DNA of 19,056 bases from Arcobacteraceae bacterium (GTDB lineage Bacteria > Campylobacterota > Campylobacteria > Campylobacterales > Arcobacteraceae), in assembly GCA_048268245.1 (NCBI GenBank), contig JBLWVX010000040.1, forward strand, positions 1 through 19,056, given 5' to 3'. Shown here piece by piece: positions 9,174 to 16,712 of this stretch; within the stretch, counting starts at the first letter, position 1, and every line of letters starts with the position of its first letter. Both the position numbers and the translations under genes were made by a program. Under the pieces are notes generated by a model, which was not told the origin of the DNA, searched no databases, and saw nothing but the letters and a program-made list of their open reading frames with translations.

Positions 9174-10571
9174 CTATCTTTTTTGAAAATTGTTTCTCTC
9201 ATCATAAACTGGAACTATTTCTATATCTCTCCAGTCTGTAAAAGGTTTTTTATTTTGTTCATAAGTAGAATTTGTCTTTTTTTCTTGAGTAAGACTTGTA
9301 AACTGTTTAGAATAAAAATCTCCTATACTTTTTAAAGCTTTTAATAGTCTTTTGATACTTTGCTCGTTTTTATTGCTTTTCTTCTTATATAGGCTATTAA
9401 AGTCATTTATAAAGGCATTTGAATTAATCTCTTGCTTTTTCCCAAGTAATGTTTTCTTTTCATAACTGTTTTTTCTAATAATCATCATTAGTTCATCTTC
9501 TTCAATTTGTAAATTATTACTCTCTTGAGTAGATAACTCTTCTAATGCTTTGATTAATTCAGGATCTTCAAAAATCTTCTCTATCTCTTTCATTTTAGAA
9601 TTAATATTGAATATAACATCTTGATACATCTCTTTTGATTCTTGTTGATCTTTTAGATCATGTTCTAGTTTTGAATTTACATCTTTTTGAGTTAAAACTT
9701 CTTTTCTTAAATCTTTTAAAACTTCAAGCATTTTTGAACTCTCTAACTTCTCATTTCTTATTTGATTTTTTAGATCTTTATTTACAGCTTCAACCCTTGC
9801 ATAATCTTCTCTAATAGCTTTGTTTAACTGTAATTCTGCTCTTAGTTTTTTAATTTCATCTTGTAGATCTTTTTGTTTTGCATATTGGGTTTGATTTTCT
9901 TGCTCTTTTTGTTTTCTATATACTCTATGATGAACACCTTTTTTATCATTTATTTTAACTTTTCTATCTCCAATTTGAACTGTATGATAGCTGCTCTTTT
10001 TACCTCTTTGTATATCTGGAACATACTTTTTAGAGATATCCCAAATGTTATCTTGTAACTGGCTAAAATATGTTTTCTTCCAATTTTTTCTAACCATCTC
10101 CCCGTTTTTATCTATATTGTCAAATAAAAAGTGAATATGTCTATTAATCTTTTCATTTGAATCTTCATCAATATGCCCCTCATGATTATGATAAGCCCAA
10201 TGTCTAACTTTTGTATTATTCTCTTTTTCAAATTTAGAAACAAAGTCATTTATTATATTTACAATATCTTCATTTGATATCTCAACATCAGTTCCAACAA
10301 TCAACATACCCTCTTCGATTTTAACTGCATCACTTCTTAACTTTCTTTTTTTATCTAAATTTTCTGCATATCTTTGTTCAGCTTCTTTCTCCCAGTTCTT
10401 AAAATCTTCATTTAGTTTTCTATAATCTGTATATGCTTTTGATTGTATAATCTCTGTTGCATCCTTCAACCAATAATTAGCTTTTTTCATAGCACTATTA
10501 TGTGCTAGATTTGCAGGTGTAGGAGGTGGATTTTTTCTAGGTCTTATTTTGACTGCATTACAATTCGCCAC
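9174..10571 (-). CDS. MOBV (Mob/Pre)-like relaxase with coiled-coil C-terminus
   Basis: LAHN, LRSDAV, HNHEGH...RHIHFLF (HxxE..HUH). Likely start is GTG 10571 behind RBS AAGGAG, not 10604. Confidence 0.8.
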   Translation of the reverse strand: MANCNAVKIRPRKNPPPTPANLAHNSAMKKANYWLKDATEIIQSKAYTDYRKLNEDFKNWEKEAEQRYAENLDKKRKLRSDAVKIEEGMLIVGTDVEISNEDIVNIINDFVSKFEKENNTKVRHWAYHNHEGHIDEDSNEKINRHIHFLFDNIDKNGEMVRKNWKKTYFSQLQDNIWDISKKYVPDIQRGKKSSYHTVQIGDRKVKINDKKGVHHRVYRKQKEQENQTQYAKQKDLQDEIKKLRAELQLNKAIREDYARVEAVNKDLKNQIRNEKLESSKMLEVLKDLRKEVLTQKDVNSKLEHDLKDQQESKEMYQDVIFNINSKMKEIEKIFEDPELIKALEELSTQESNNLQIEEDELMMIIRKNSYEKKTLLGKKQEINSNAFINDFNSLYKKKSNKNEQSIKRLLKALKSIGDFYSKQFTSLTQEKKTNSTYEQNKKPFTDWRDIEIVPVYDERNNFQKR

Positions 10572-10605
10572 GCTAATTCTCCTTTCTTCTTTTTCATAAA
10601 TCAAA

Positions 10606-10810
10606 GAGTTAAAATCGTAAGATTTTTACTCGCCCAATTTTCTCACCCCTCGTGGGTAGAAAACTCATAAACACTAAAATTCATTTTTAGGGTGGAGTGA
10701 GTAACTCACTCCACTATAACTTGAAAGTTATCGTTCGCTCGAAAACTGACCCACGAGGGGATACAGTTTTTTTATGTGGCTTCGCCACTCTTATTTTTGA
10801 AAAATAAGAT
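10606..10810. other. Putative oriT / single-strand-origin region
   Basis: About eight abutting hairpins upstream of the relaxase, including perfect GTGGAGTGAG-TAA-CTCACTCCAC (10692-10714) and ATAACTT-GA-AAGTTAT (10716-10731). Confidence 0.65.
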
Positions 10811-10834
10811 GTTTTGATGTTCGTGGGTTTGGAA

Positions 10835-11278
10835 TTAAAGCTTCCATTTTCCACTTACTTTTTTTAGATATATAGAGTTACAATTGTTAGGGGATTCAAA
10901 ATTTTGATATGCAAAAATAGTAAAGAATACTAAAGCTCTTTTTCTCCATTGATCATACTTAATATATTTAGTTTTGAAAGAGTAAGAGAAGTTAGTTTGT
11001 TTATTATAAAGGCTGTTTCTATCTCTTTTTTCAACTCTATTTTTTATACTCCAGAATTGTGCTATTTTTCTATTTATTGAGTTAGTGTCTTTATCTGCAC
11101 TATATGGTCTTAGTTTTTCAATGATCTTATCTCTAGTTTTATAATCATCATGAGATTTCATTTTAAATACTTCTTGTAACCAAATTTGAACTACATCTTG
11201 AGCTTGTGTTTTATCTTCTGCGAATGAAACTGTTAGTATATTCATTAGTATTGCTGTTATTAGTATTAGTTTTTTCAT
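10835..11278 (-). CDS. Exported protein with signal peptide (entry-exclusion candidate by position)
   Basis: MKKLILITAILMNILTVSFA signal; C-terminal YLKKVSGKWKL typical of NTF2-like/DUF4878-type folds; RBS AAGGA. Confidence 0.75.
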   Translation of the reverse strand: MKKLILITAILMNILTVSFAEDKTQAQDVVQIWLQEVFKMKSHDDYKTRDKIIEKLRPYSADKDTNSINRKIAQFWSIKNRVEKRDRNSLYNKQTNFSYSFKTKYIKYDQWRKRALVFFTIFAYQNFESPNNCNSIYLKKVSGKWKL

Positions 11279-11293
11279 TGTTTTTTTCCTTTT

Positions 11294-13489
11294 TTATGCG
11301 TTAAATGTGTATCTTGATTTATACTGATTAGATAAATCATCTGCTAATTGTGTTGTATTTGAAAGATTGTCTAAACCTATCATTTTGAATACGTAATCGG
11401 CTCCATGAACTATTGTTTTCCAAACGATATAAATTGATAAGAAAATAGCAAATATTGAGATTAGTTCTTTAACTATATACGAAAGTAAAGTTATTACAAA
11501 ACCACTTGTACTATTTTGCAATAATGCAAACTGCTCTAATGAGAAGACTATGATATTATCATGTACAAAGCTATAAAAGAACATAGCAAGATACACTGAT
11601 ACAACTATAAGAACTGGTCTTAAGAAAATAGTTATCCCAGTAACAAGGAAGTCTATAATTTTTCGGCTCTGTCCCGTTGAAAGTGCAAATGCAACCACAA
11701 AAGGAGATATAAGAACATAAATTATAAGTTCATATAAATATAAAATAATTGCCAGTATCGTTGCTATTATTCCAGTTACTAAAGGTAGAAATTTTAAAAT
11801 ATATGTCACTATATAAGCTGTTAGTGCAAGACTTAAAAATGGTGTTGCAATTGTTCCTAAAATTCCAGTTGCCGTGCCTATTACTGGTATTTGGCTAATA
11901 AGAGAAGATAAGCCTGATCCTAAATTCATGCTCATAGAAAAAATATCTCCTGCTCCAGGAAAAATCAAGTAGATAACCTTTGCAAAGCTCTCACCAAGCA
12001 TGTCTTGGGCATATTGTGTACTGTTTGACAATAGATCTTCTAGCCAGTTATTGCTTTCATCTGTTGGATTTATTTGAGCTTTTCTAATCTTTACTTTTAC
12101 TTCTTCATTCAAAGGCGGATTTTCATTTGAACTAATAAAACTTAACTCTGTTAAGACTTTAACAGTTGGAACTAAGATAGAAGAATACCAGCCCATTTCA
12201 TCACTTCTTCGATCTAATAATTCTGAAACTTTATCTAATCTATTTGTGATTTCTGCATTTTGATATGCTGATTTAATTCTCTCCAAATGATATTCATATT
12301 GTGTTTTTTGAGTGTAGGCAACTTTAAGTCTTTTTTCTACATTTCTACAACCTTTTATAGTTGTTGTATCATTTGCTCTTAGATATTGTTCTAATTCATT
12401 GATTTTTTCTTCATCAGTTATCTGATAAGTAGTTAATTCAGGAAATTTTTCGATACAAACTTGAAGAGCTGTCTCATAGTTAATTATTACCTGTTCTTCT
12501 TTTTTTAAAAGTGCTTTTAAGTTAGCTTCTTCTTCAACTCCACTTGCTCCCGTTGCATTGTAGCTATATTTTACAAATTGCTTTAATGCCACCTTATTTG
12601 CCTTATCTGCCATACTTGTACTTTCAAATATAAAGTACTTAGCTATTAGTTGGAACATACTGTCAGAGTAATTGTTATCTACTTTTATGGGTAAAAAGAA
12701 TATTAAAAAAGCTATTATGATAATAGATAATCGCATTGTGAACGGCTCTTCGTAGGATAAAGCCTTTTTTTCTAATTTTTTTAAGCCCAGTTTTGCGACA
12801 TATAGAACCATAAAAAATAGTGATAAAAAAACAACTAAATAGGAAACTATATACTCGTAAGATTGGTCTAAATAGTAGAATAAATCAACAAAATAAGTTA
12901 AGTTTTGAGTGTTTAAGCTGTCAATTTGATTCAATAATAAATTTGGTTCTGATGTATCAGCTGAATCAGGACTATAAACAGCATTGGGATTTGCTTTCAC
13001 AAGTGTTCCACTTGCTGTCGTATCTTGAAGATTAATCATATCTTGATCTAGTGTTGCAAGTCCTGATATAAATTTACTCATAGTTGTTTTTGAACTATCA
13101 TAATTATCAATATTTGCGTAGTTAGAATAGTTGTTATTTGTTTTACTTGCGAGTGTTGAATCTGCATAGTTTGCTTTAATTGATTCTTGTTCTTTTACAC
13201 AATCAATATCTAAAGTATTAGCCATAATTGATAATTTTCTATTTTCTTGTTCTTGGTCTACTGCAAAGGCATAGAATACTTCGCATGAAGTAAGACCTGA
13301 TTTACTGTCAAAATCAATCATTTTTGTCTTATATTTAGTAGTGTCAAGAACTCTACAAGATGGCTCACAAATTCCATCTGATGGACTTTGATAAGGGCTT
13401 AGAAAAAAGTTATTGTCTAAGTCTGCTCTTACACTTGTATTAGCATAAAGATTTATGAAAAAAAGGAAGAAAAATATTAAAACTTTCAT
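11294..13489 (-). CDS. DotA/TraY-like (VirB6-analogous) polytopic membrane protein
   Basis: Signal peptide MKVLIFFFLFFINLYA from ATG 13489 (ATGA overlap), soluble domains and many C-terminal TMs with SPFVVAF...TIFLRPVLIVVS, resembling the TraY/DotA LRPxLxV motif. Confidence 0.65.
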   Translation of the reverse strand: MKVLIFFFLFFINLYANTSVRADLDNNFFLSPYQSPSDGICEPSCRVLDTTKYKTKMIDFDSKSGLTSCEVFYAFAVDQEQENRKLSIMANTLDIDCVKEQESIKANYADSTLASKTNNNYSNYANIDNYDSSKTTMSKFISGLATLDQDMINLQDTTASGTLVKANPNAVYSPDSADTSEPNLLLNQIDSLNTQNLTYFVDLFYYLDQSYEYIVSYLVVFLSLFFMVLYVAKLGLKKLEKKALSYEEPFTMRLSIIIIAFLIFFLPIKVDNNYSDSMFQLIAKYFIFESTSMADKANKVALKQFVKYSYNATGASGVEEEANLKALLKKEEQVIINYETALQVCIEKFPELTTYQITDEEKINELEQYLRANDTTTIKGCRNVEKRLKVAYTQKTQYEYHLERIKSAYQNAEITNRLDKVSELLDRRSDEMGWYSSILVPTVKVLTELSFISSNENPPLNEEVKVKIRKAQINPTDESNNWLEDLLSNSTQYAQDMLGESFAKVIYLIFPGAGDIFSMSMNLGSGLSSLISQIPVIGTATGILGTIATPFLSLALTAYIVTYILKFLPLVTGIIATILAIILYLYELIIYVLISPFVVAFALSTGQSRKIIDFLVTGITIFLRPVLIVVSVYLAMFFYSFVHDNIIVFSLEQFALLQNSTSGFVITLLSYIVKELISIFAIFLSIYIVWKTIVHGADYVFKMIGLDNLSNTTQLADDLSNQYKSRYTFNA

Positions 13490-13989
13490 TTTATTTTCTC
13501 CTCTTTGCAATAGAAATAGCTTACTGTTTTATTGTCTTTTAGAATTTGAAAATATTCTCTTCGTAAGTCAGTAAGAAAACTATAAAAAAAGTATGCTATA
13601 AGTGCGTATTTTACGATGTAACCGCTATTTTCAAAGCCAAGCATATATGAAAAAAGTAAGAACCAAACAACAGTCGCTATGAAACTCTTGAAATCATCAT
13701 ATTTTTTATTAATTAATATTCCTAAAGTTGTTACTGTAAAGCCTGTAATTACGTATGTTGTCATGTTTTGTAACTCATATACAGTTACGAAATATGAGAT
13801 AAAAATCAAAACGGGTAGATACTTAAGTATTAAGAAACTTGTCTTATTCGTAAGTTTTGAAAAATTGTAAATGTTTGAACCGTTTTCTTTTTCAAAAATA
13901 ATTTCATTTTTATCTTGATTAACTAAAGCATCTGTAGTGATAGTGAAAAATGGGAAGAATCTTGTTTTTGTGTAATTTATTTCTTGCAT
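13486..13989 (-). CDS. Integral membrane protein (~4 TM)
   Basis: 167 aa with hydrophobic core; coupled to the downstream gene and 1 bp from the upstream one. Confidence 0.8.
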   Translation of the reverse strand: MQEINYTKTRFFPFFTITTDALVNQDKNEIIFEKENGSNIYNFSKLTNKTSFLILKYLPVLIFISYFVTVYELQNMTTYVITGFTVTTLGILINKKYDDFKSFIATVVWFLLFSYMLGFENSGYIVKYALIAYFFYSFLTDLRREYFQILKDNKTVSYFYCKEEKIK

Positions 13990-13990
13990 T

Positions 13991-14248
13991 TCATACCCCT
14001 ACTTTTGCGTTAAATCCCGACAGATAAGGGTCTAATATTCTAATACGAGCGATATCTTTTTTTAAAAATTTACGACTACAAAGATTTAATTCGCTCCAAT
14101 TTTTTTTTGATTTTCTCCAAGTTTGAATCGTGCTTTTCGATCGTGCGTAAAGCTCTGCAACTTCTTCTATAGAGATATATTCTGTATTATTATTTGTTTT
14201 TTCATGTAGAATTTGAATTTCTTTTTCAATTTTTTCATTGATTTTCAT
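13991..14248 (-). CDS. Excisionase-like HTH DNA-binding protein
   Basis: YISIEEVAELYARSKSTIQTWRK...RKFLKKDI; RBS AAAGGA. Confidence 0.8.
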   Translation of the reverse strand: MKINEKIEKEIQILHEKTNNNTEYISIEEVAELYARSKSTIQTWRKSKKNWSELNLCSRKFLKKDIARIRILDPYLSGFNAKVGV

Positions 14249-14302
14249 AATTATATAATCCTTTTAATTATTTAAAAAGAATTGAATAATCAAGCAAAGT
14301 AA

Positions 14303-14330
14303 AAAAGTTAATAAAATTTTATTAACTTTT
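14303..14330. promoter_or_regulatory. Perfect 28-bp palindrome abutting a + strand extended -10
   Basis: AAAAGTTAATAAAA|TTTTATTAACTTTT followed by TGGTATAAT (14330-14338). Confidence 0.65.
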
Positions 14331-14529
14331 GGTATAATAAGCCTGATTAAAGCCTTTCTCGGGATTTAATTTTCCTCTTTTTTTAAGCTTGGCGGCAGAA
14401 AAAAGAGGAATTCTTACATATTTCTACTTATATTCATTAGTCTCCTTTTATATTAAAATAAGTTATTTTATTTCAAATTGTAGTGAATTCATACTTACAT
14501 TAAACTTAATAAAATCCCCATTCTATCGG

Positions 14530-14616
14530 TGTTATAAATTGATATGTTTTAAAAAGGGGTATCTATTTAGAATCTAGTTTTTTGTTATTATTTGATATGT
14601 TTTAAAAAGGGGTATC
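14530..14616 (+). repeat. 34-bp direct repeat x2, 53-bp period
   Basis: 14530-14563 and 14583-14616; identical 25-bp core TTGATATGTTTTAAAAAGGGGTATC. Confidence 0.9.
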
Positions 14617-14765
14617 CAACTAAAATAAAATTTTAAAATTAATTTATTTTTTTAAGTTTTTGCTATTTCGAATTATATCCAACCAATATCCAATTATATT
14701 CAATTGTGTCGAATTGATTTAAAGATTGCCTATTTTATGGGCTTTGAAAAAATCCTAAACTTTTA

Positions 14766-14794
14766 TTGTATTACTTTTTGTTTTGCACTAGAAT
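14766..14794 (+). promoter_or_regulatory. Sigma70-type promoter of the rightward HTH gene
   Basis: TTGTAT, 17 bp, TAGAAT. Confidence 0.6.
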
Positions 14795-14840
14795 TGTCTG
14801 TAGAAATTAAATACATTAAATAACACATGAAAGGTATTCA

Positions 14841-15107
14841 ATGGAAAGGTATTCAATGAGTATTAACGAGGAATCAATATTTAATTCAATGCTACAAGCC
14901 CTAGTATTCCGCCATGGTGTGTTGCTAAACTCGAAACAATGTGCAAAAGTACTAGGTATAAGTACTAGAACGCTAGATGAAAGAAGAAAAGCATCAAAGG
15001 ACTGCCCTGCATATATTCAGAATGGAGATCGATTAATCGGCTATCCCGCTCAAAATATTGTGCAATATCAAATAAATAAAGCTAAACAAAGCATTAGAAT
15101 TGCGTAA
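14841..15107 (+). CDS. AlpA/Xis-like HTH protein (alternative start 14856)
   Basis: LLNSKQCAKVLGISTRTLDERR...CPAYIQNGDRLIGY. Confidence 0.85.
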   Translation: MERYSMSINEESIFNSMLQALVFRHGVLLNSKQCAKVLGISTRTLDERRKASKDCPAYIQNGDRLIGYPAQNIVQYQINKAKQSIRIA

Positions 15108-15186
15108 AAAAACTGTGAAAATCTCATTAAAAGGAGGTCTTAGCAGTTTTTTTTGAAGTTTGGCGACTCAAAACTGCTAAAAAGAT
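15106..15186 (-). ncRNA. Candidate antisense RNA overlapping an attenuator
   Basis: Minus-strand promoter TTGATT (15221-15216), 17 bp, TATAAT (15198-15193); stem-loop with CGCCAA in the loop; ends in a U-run at ~15106. Confidence 0.6.
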
Positions 15187-15289
15187 AGCTACATTATAAC
15201 TAATATCTAAATTAAAATCAAATTTTATCTTTCTTTTTTTTCAAAAAAAATCAACTTAAGTGTTGAGGATAAAGTAATGTCCAAAAAAA

Positions 15290-16008
15290 CTATAAAGCGG
15301 TAGAGTGTAAGGACTGCACAGTAAGCGAAATCTTGCGATAAAACAAAAACTTGCATAAGGTGAGAATGAACTTACCGAAAACAATCACAGCCAAATAAGA
15401 GACCAAATCAGCACCGTGTGAGGAATGGAAAGAGGTACGATTCACGGTGGAGATGCCCGTTCTACTATTTTATAGTAGCAAGGACATTCCTATATGTTTA
15501 CCAGTTAATATATAAAACAGAGGTTTTTAAATTAGTGATAATACTAATACTGGATTAATTAAATATGTAGGTTATTAGATAAGGGGAACCGTCTAATGTA
15601 ATTGTGTCGTAGATTAAGAGCTGAACAATAATCTACTTAAGTCGTAGCGTAGTGTCCTGCAAAAGCCGAGTCATTTGCACATTATAGACTAACTTGTCCT
15701 GTACTATTTTGTTAAATCCAAAGTAGTACAAGGGCAAGTTGTCTCCACTTCGGAGCCATTCCCTACCAAATCATTTTGACATAGCCAAAGGCAAACGGCA
15801 AGATTAAATCAAAAGAGTGGAGATAACTGAGACAAAAAAGGTGGAAGATTTAAATAAAAATCTAATACAATTTGATTATAGAAAATTAATTCTATGTTTA
15901 AAACCATCGGAGTTCGTTTTGGACGTTAAGCTAACGGTTACATTTTGTAAAGCATTAGCATACACCCGTAAAAATATAGTAGTTTTTGGTCTACTTCTTT
16001 TTTGTTTC
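15290..16008 (+). ncRNA. Candidate large structured ncRNA (~700 nt), unknown class
   Basis: No credible ORF; GC-richer than flanks; more than a dozen nested local and long-range helices whose mismatches are G-U on the + strand; terminal hairpin plus U-tract. Boundaries approximate. Confidence 0.6.
15978..16008 (+). terminator. Possible intrinsic terminator
   Basis: AGTAG-TTTTTGGT-CTACT followed by TCTTTTTTGTTT. Confidence 0.45.
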
Positions 16009-16020
16009 TAATTAATGAAT

Positions 16021-16302
16021 CTATAAAATTGAAATATTTAATTTTTTTCCTAAAGCAGTTGTTGCACTTTCAAGTGTACTAAGAGTCAAAGAACTGTTAT
16101 CAGGATTTAAAAGTCTATTAACAACAGCTCTACTTGTATTCATCATTTCTGCCATTTTTGTTTTTGTGATTTTTTGAGCTTTCATTTCTTGTTCTAATTG
16201 ATAAGCAATAACTCTTTTTATAGCTATATCATTTGTTTCTTCATAAATACCATCTTCTTTTAAAAACTCATTAAAATCACTACCAATATGTTTATTGTTC
16301 AT
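16021..16302 (-). CDS. XRE-family HTH antitoxin (HigA-like)
   Basis: MNNKHIGSDFNEFLKEDG...ITKTKMAEMMNTSRAVVNRLLNP...SLTLSTL; start 16302 overlaps the toxin stop. Confidence 0.88.
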   Translation of the reverse strand: MNNKHIGSDFNEFLKEDGIYEETNDIAIKRVIAYQLEQEMKAQKITKTKMAEMMNTSRAVVNRLLNPDNSSLTLSTLESATTALGKKLNISIL

Positions 16303-16657
16303 CACATTCTCCAGTATCAATTTTTTTTCTTCTTTCTATTGCTGTATTTTTTTCTTTATCAGGCATTTTTTGGTCTTTTTTGATAAACCCATGTAAAAGT
16401 ATCATACAATCTTTATATATTGTAAAAACAACTCTTGCAATTTTATCACTTGCCAATTTACTTCTTACTTCCCAAAGTTTATATTTACTATCAACTTTTC
16501 TAACTAAAGGCATACCTATAGGAAAACCAAACTCAACTGTTTGGATGTCTGAACCAATAATCTTCCTATCTTCTTTATCAAGAGTTAATAACCATTCTTT
16601 AACTGGTTCATTTCCTGATTCAGTTTTATAAAATCTTACAGCGATTATTTTTTCCAT
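16292..16657 (-). CDS. RelE/ParE-superfamily toxin (HigB/Gp49-like)
   Basis: FYKTESGNEPVKEWL, GFPIGMPLVR, LWEVRS, ILLHGFIKK; toxin-first gene order. Confidence 0.9.
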   Translation of the reverse strand: MEKIIAVRFYKTESGNEPVKEWLLTLDKEDRKIIGSDIQTVEFGFPIGMPLVRKVDSKYKLWEVRSKLASDKIARVVFTIYKDCMILLHGFIKKDQKMPDKEKNTAIERRKKIDTGECDEQ

Positions 16658-16680
16658 AAAAAACCTTATTTATTTTGTCT

Positions 16681-16709
16681 ATTGTATCAAAATTGATACA
16701 CTTTGTCAA
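16681..16709 (-). promoter_or_regulatory. TA operon promoter with operator palindrome
   Basis: TTGACA, 17 bp, TACAAT on the minus strand; palindrome TGTATCAA-AA-TTGATACA (16683-16700) overlaps the spacer and -10. Confidence 0.85.
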
Positions 16710-16712
16710 TAC

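Noticed and set aside
14389..14577. 62-aa ORF
   Set aside because: TTG start inside a hairpin loop, no RBS, runs across regulatory repeats.
14530..14616. Mini-CRISPR array
   Set aside because: Only two copies, a 19-28 bp gap, and no cas genes in the window.
15290..16008. Group II intron, retron ncRNA or omegaRNA
   Set aside because: No recognisable domain V, and no reverse transcriptase, TnpB or IscB gene in the element; a covariance search is still needed.
15817..16011. 64-aa ORF
   Set aside because: GTG start within a predicted helix and weak RBS; cannot be fully excluded, but RNA structure explains the sequence better.
8323..16631. Shadow ORFs 8323-8532, 9873-10058, 12820-13035, 13679-13870 and 16380-16631
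   Set aside because: Antisense to better-supported ORFs with RBSs and operon coupling.
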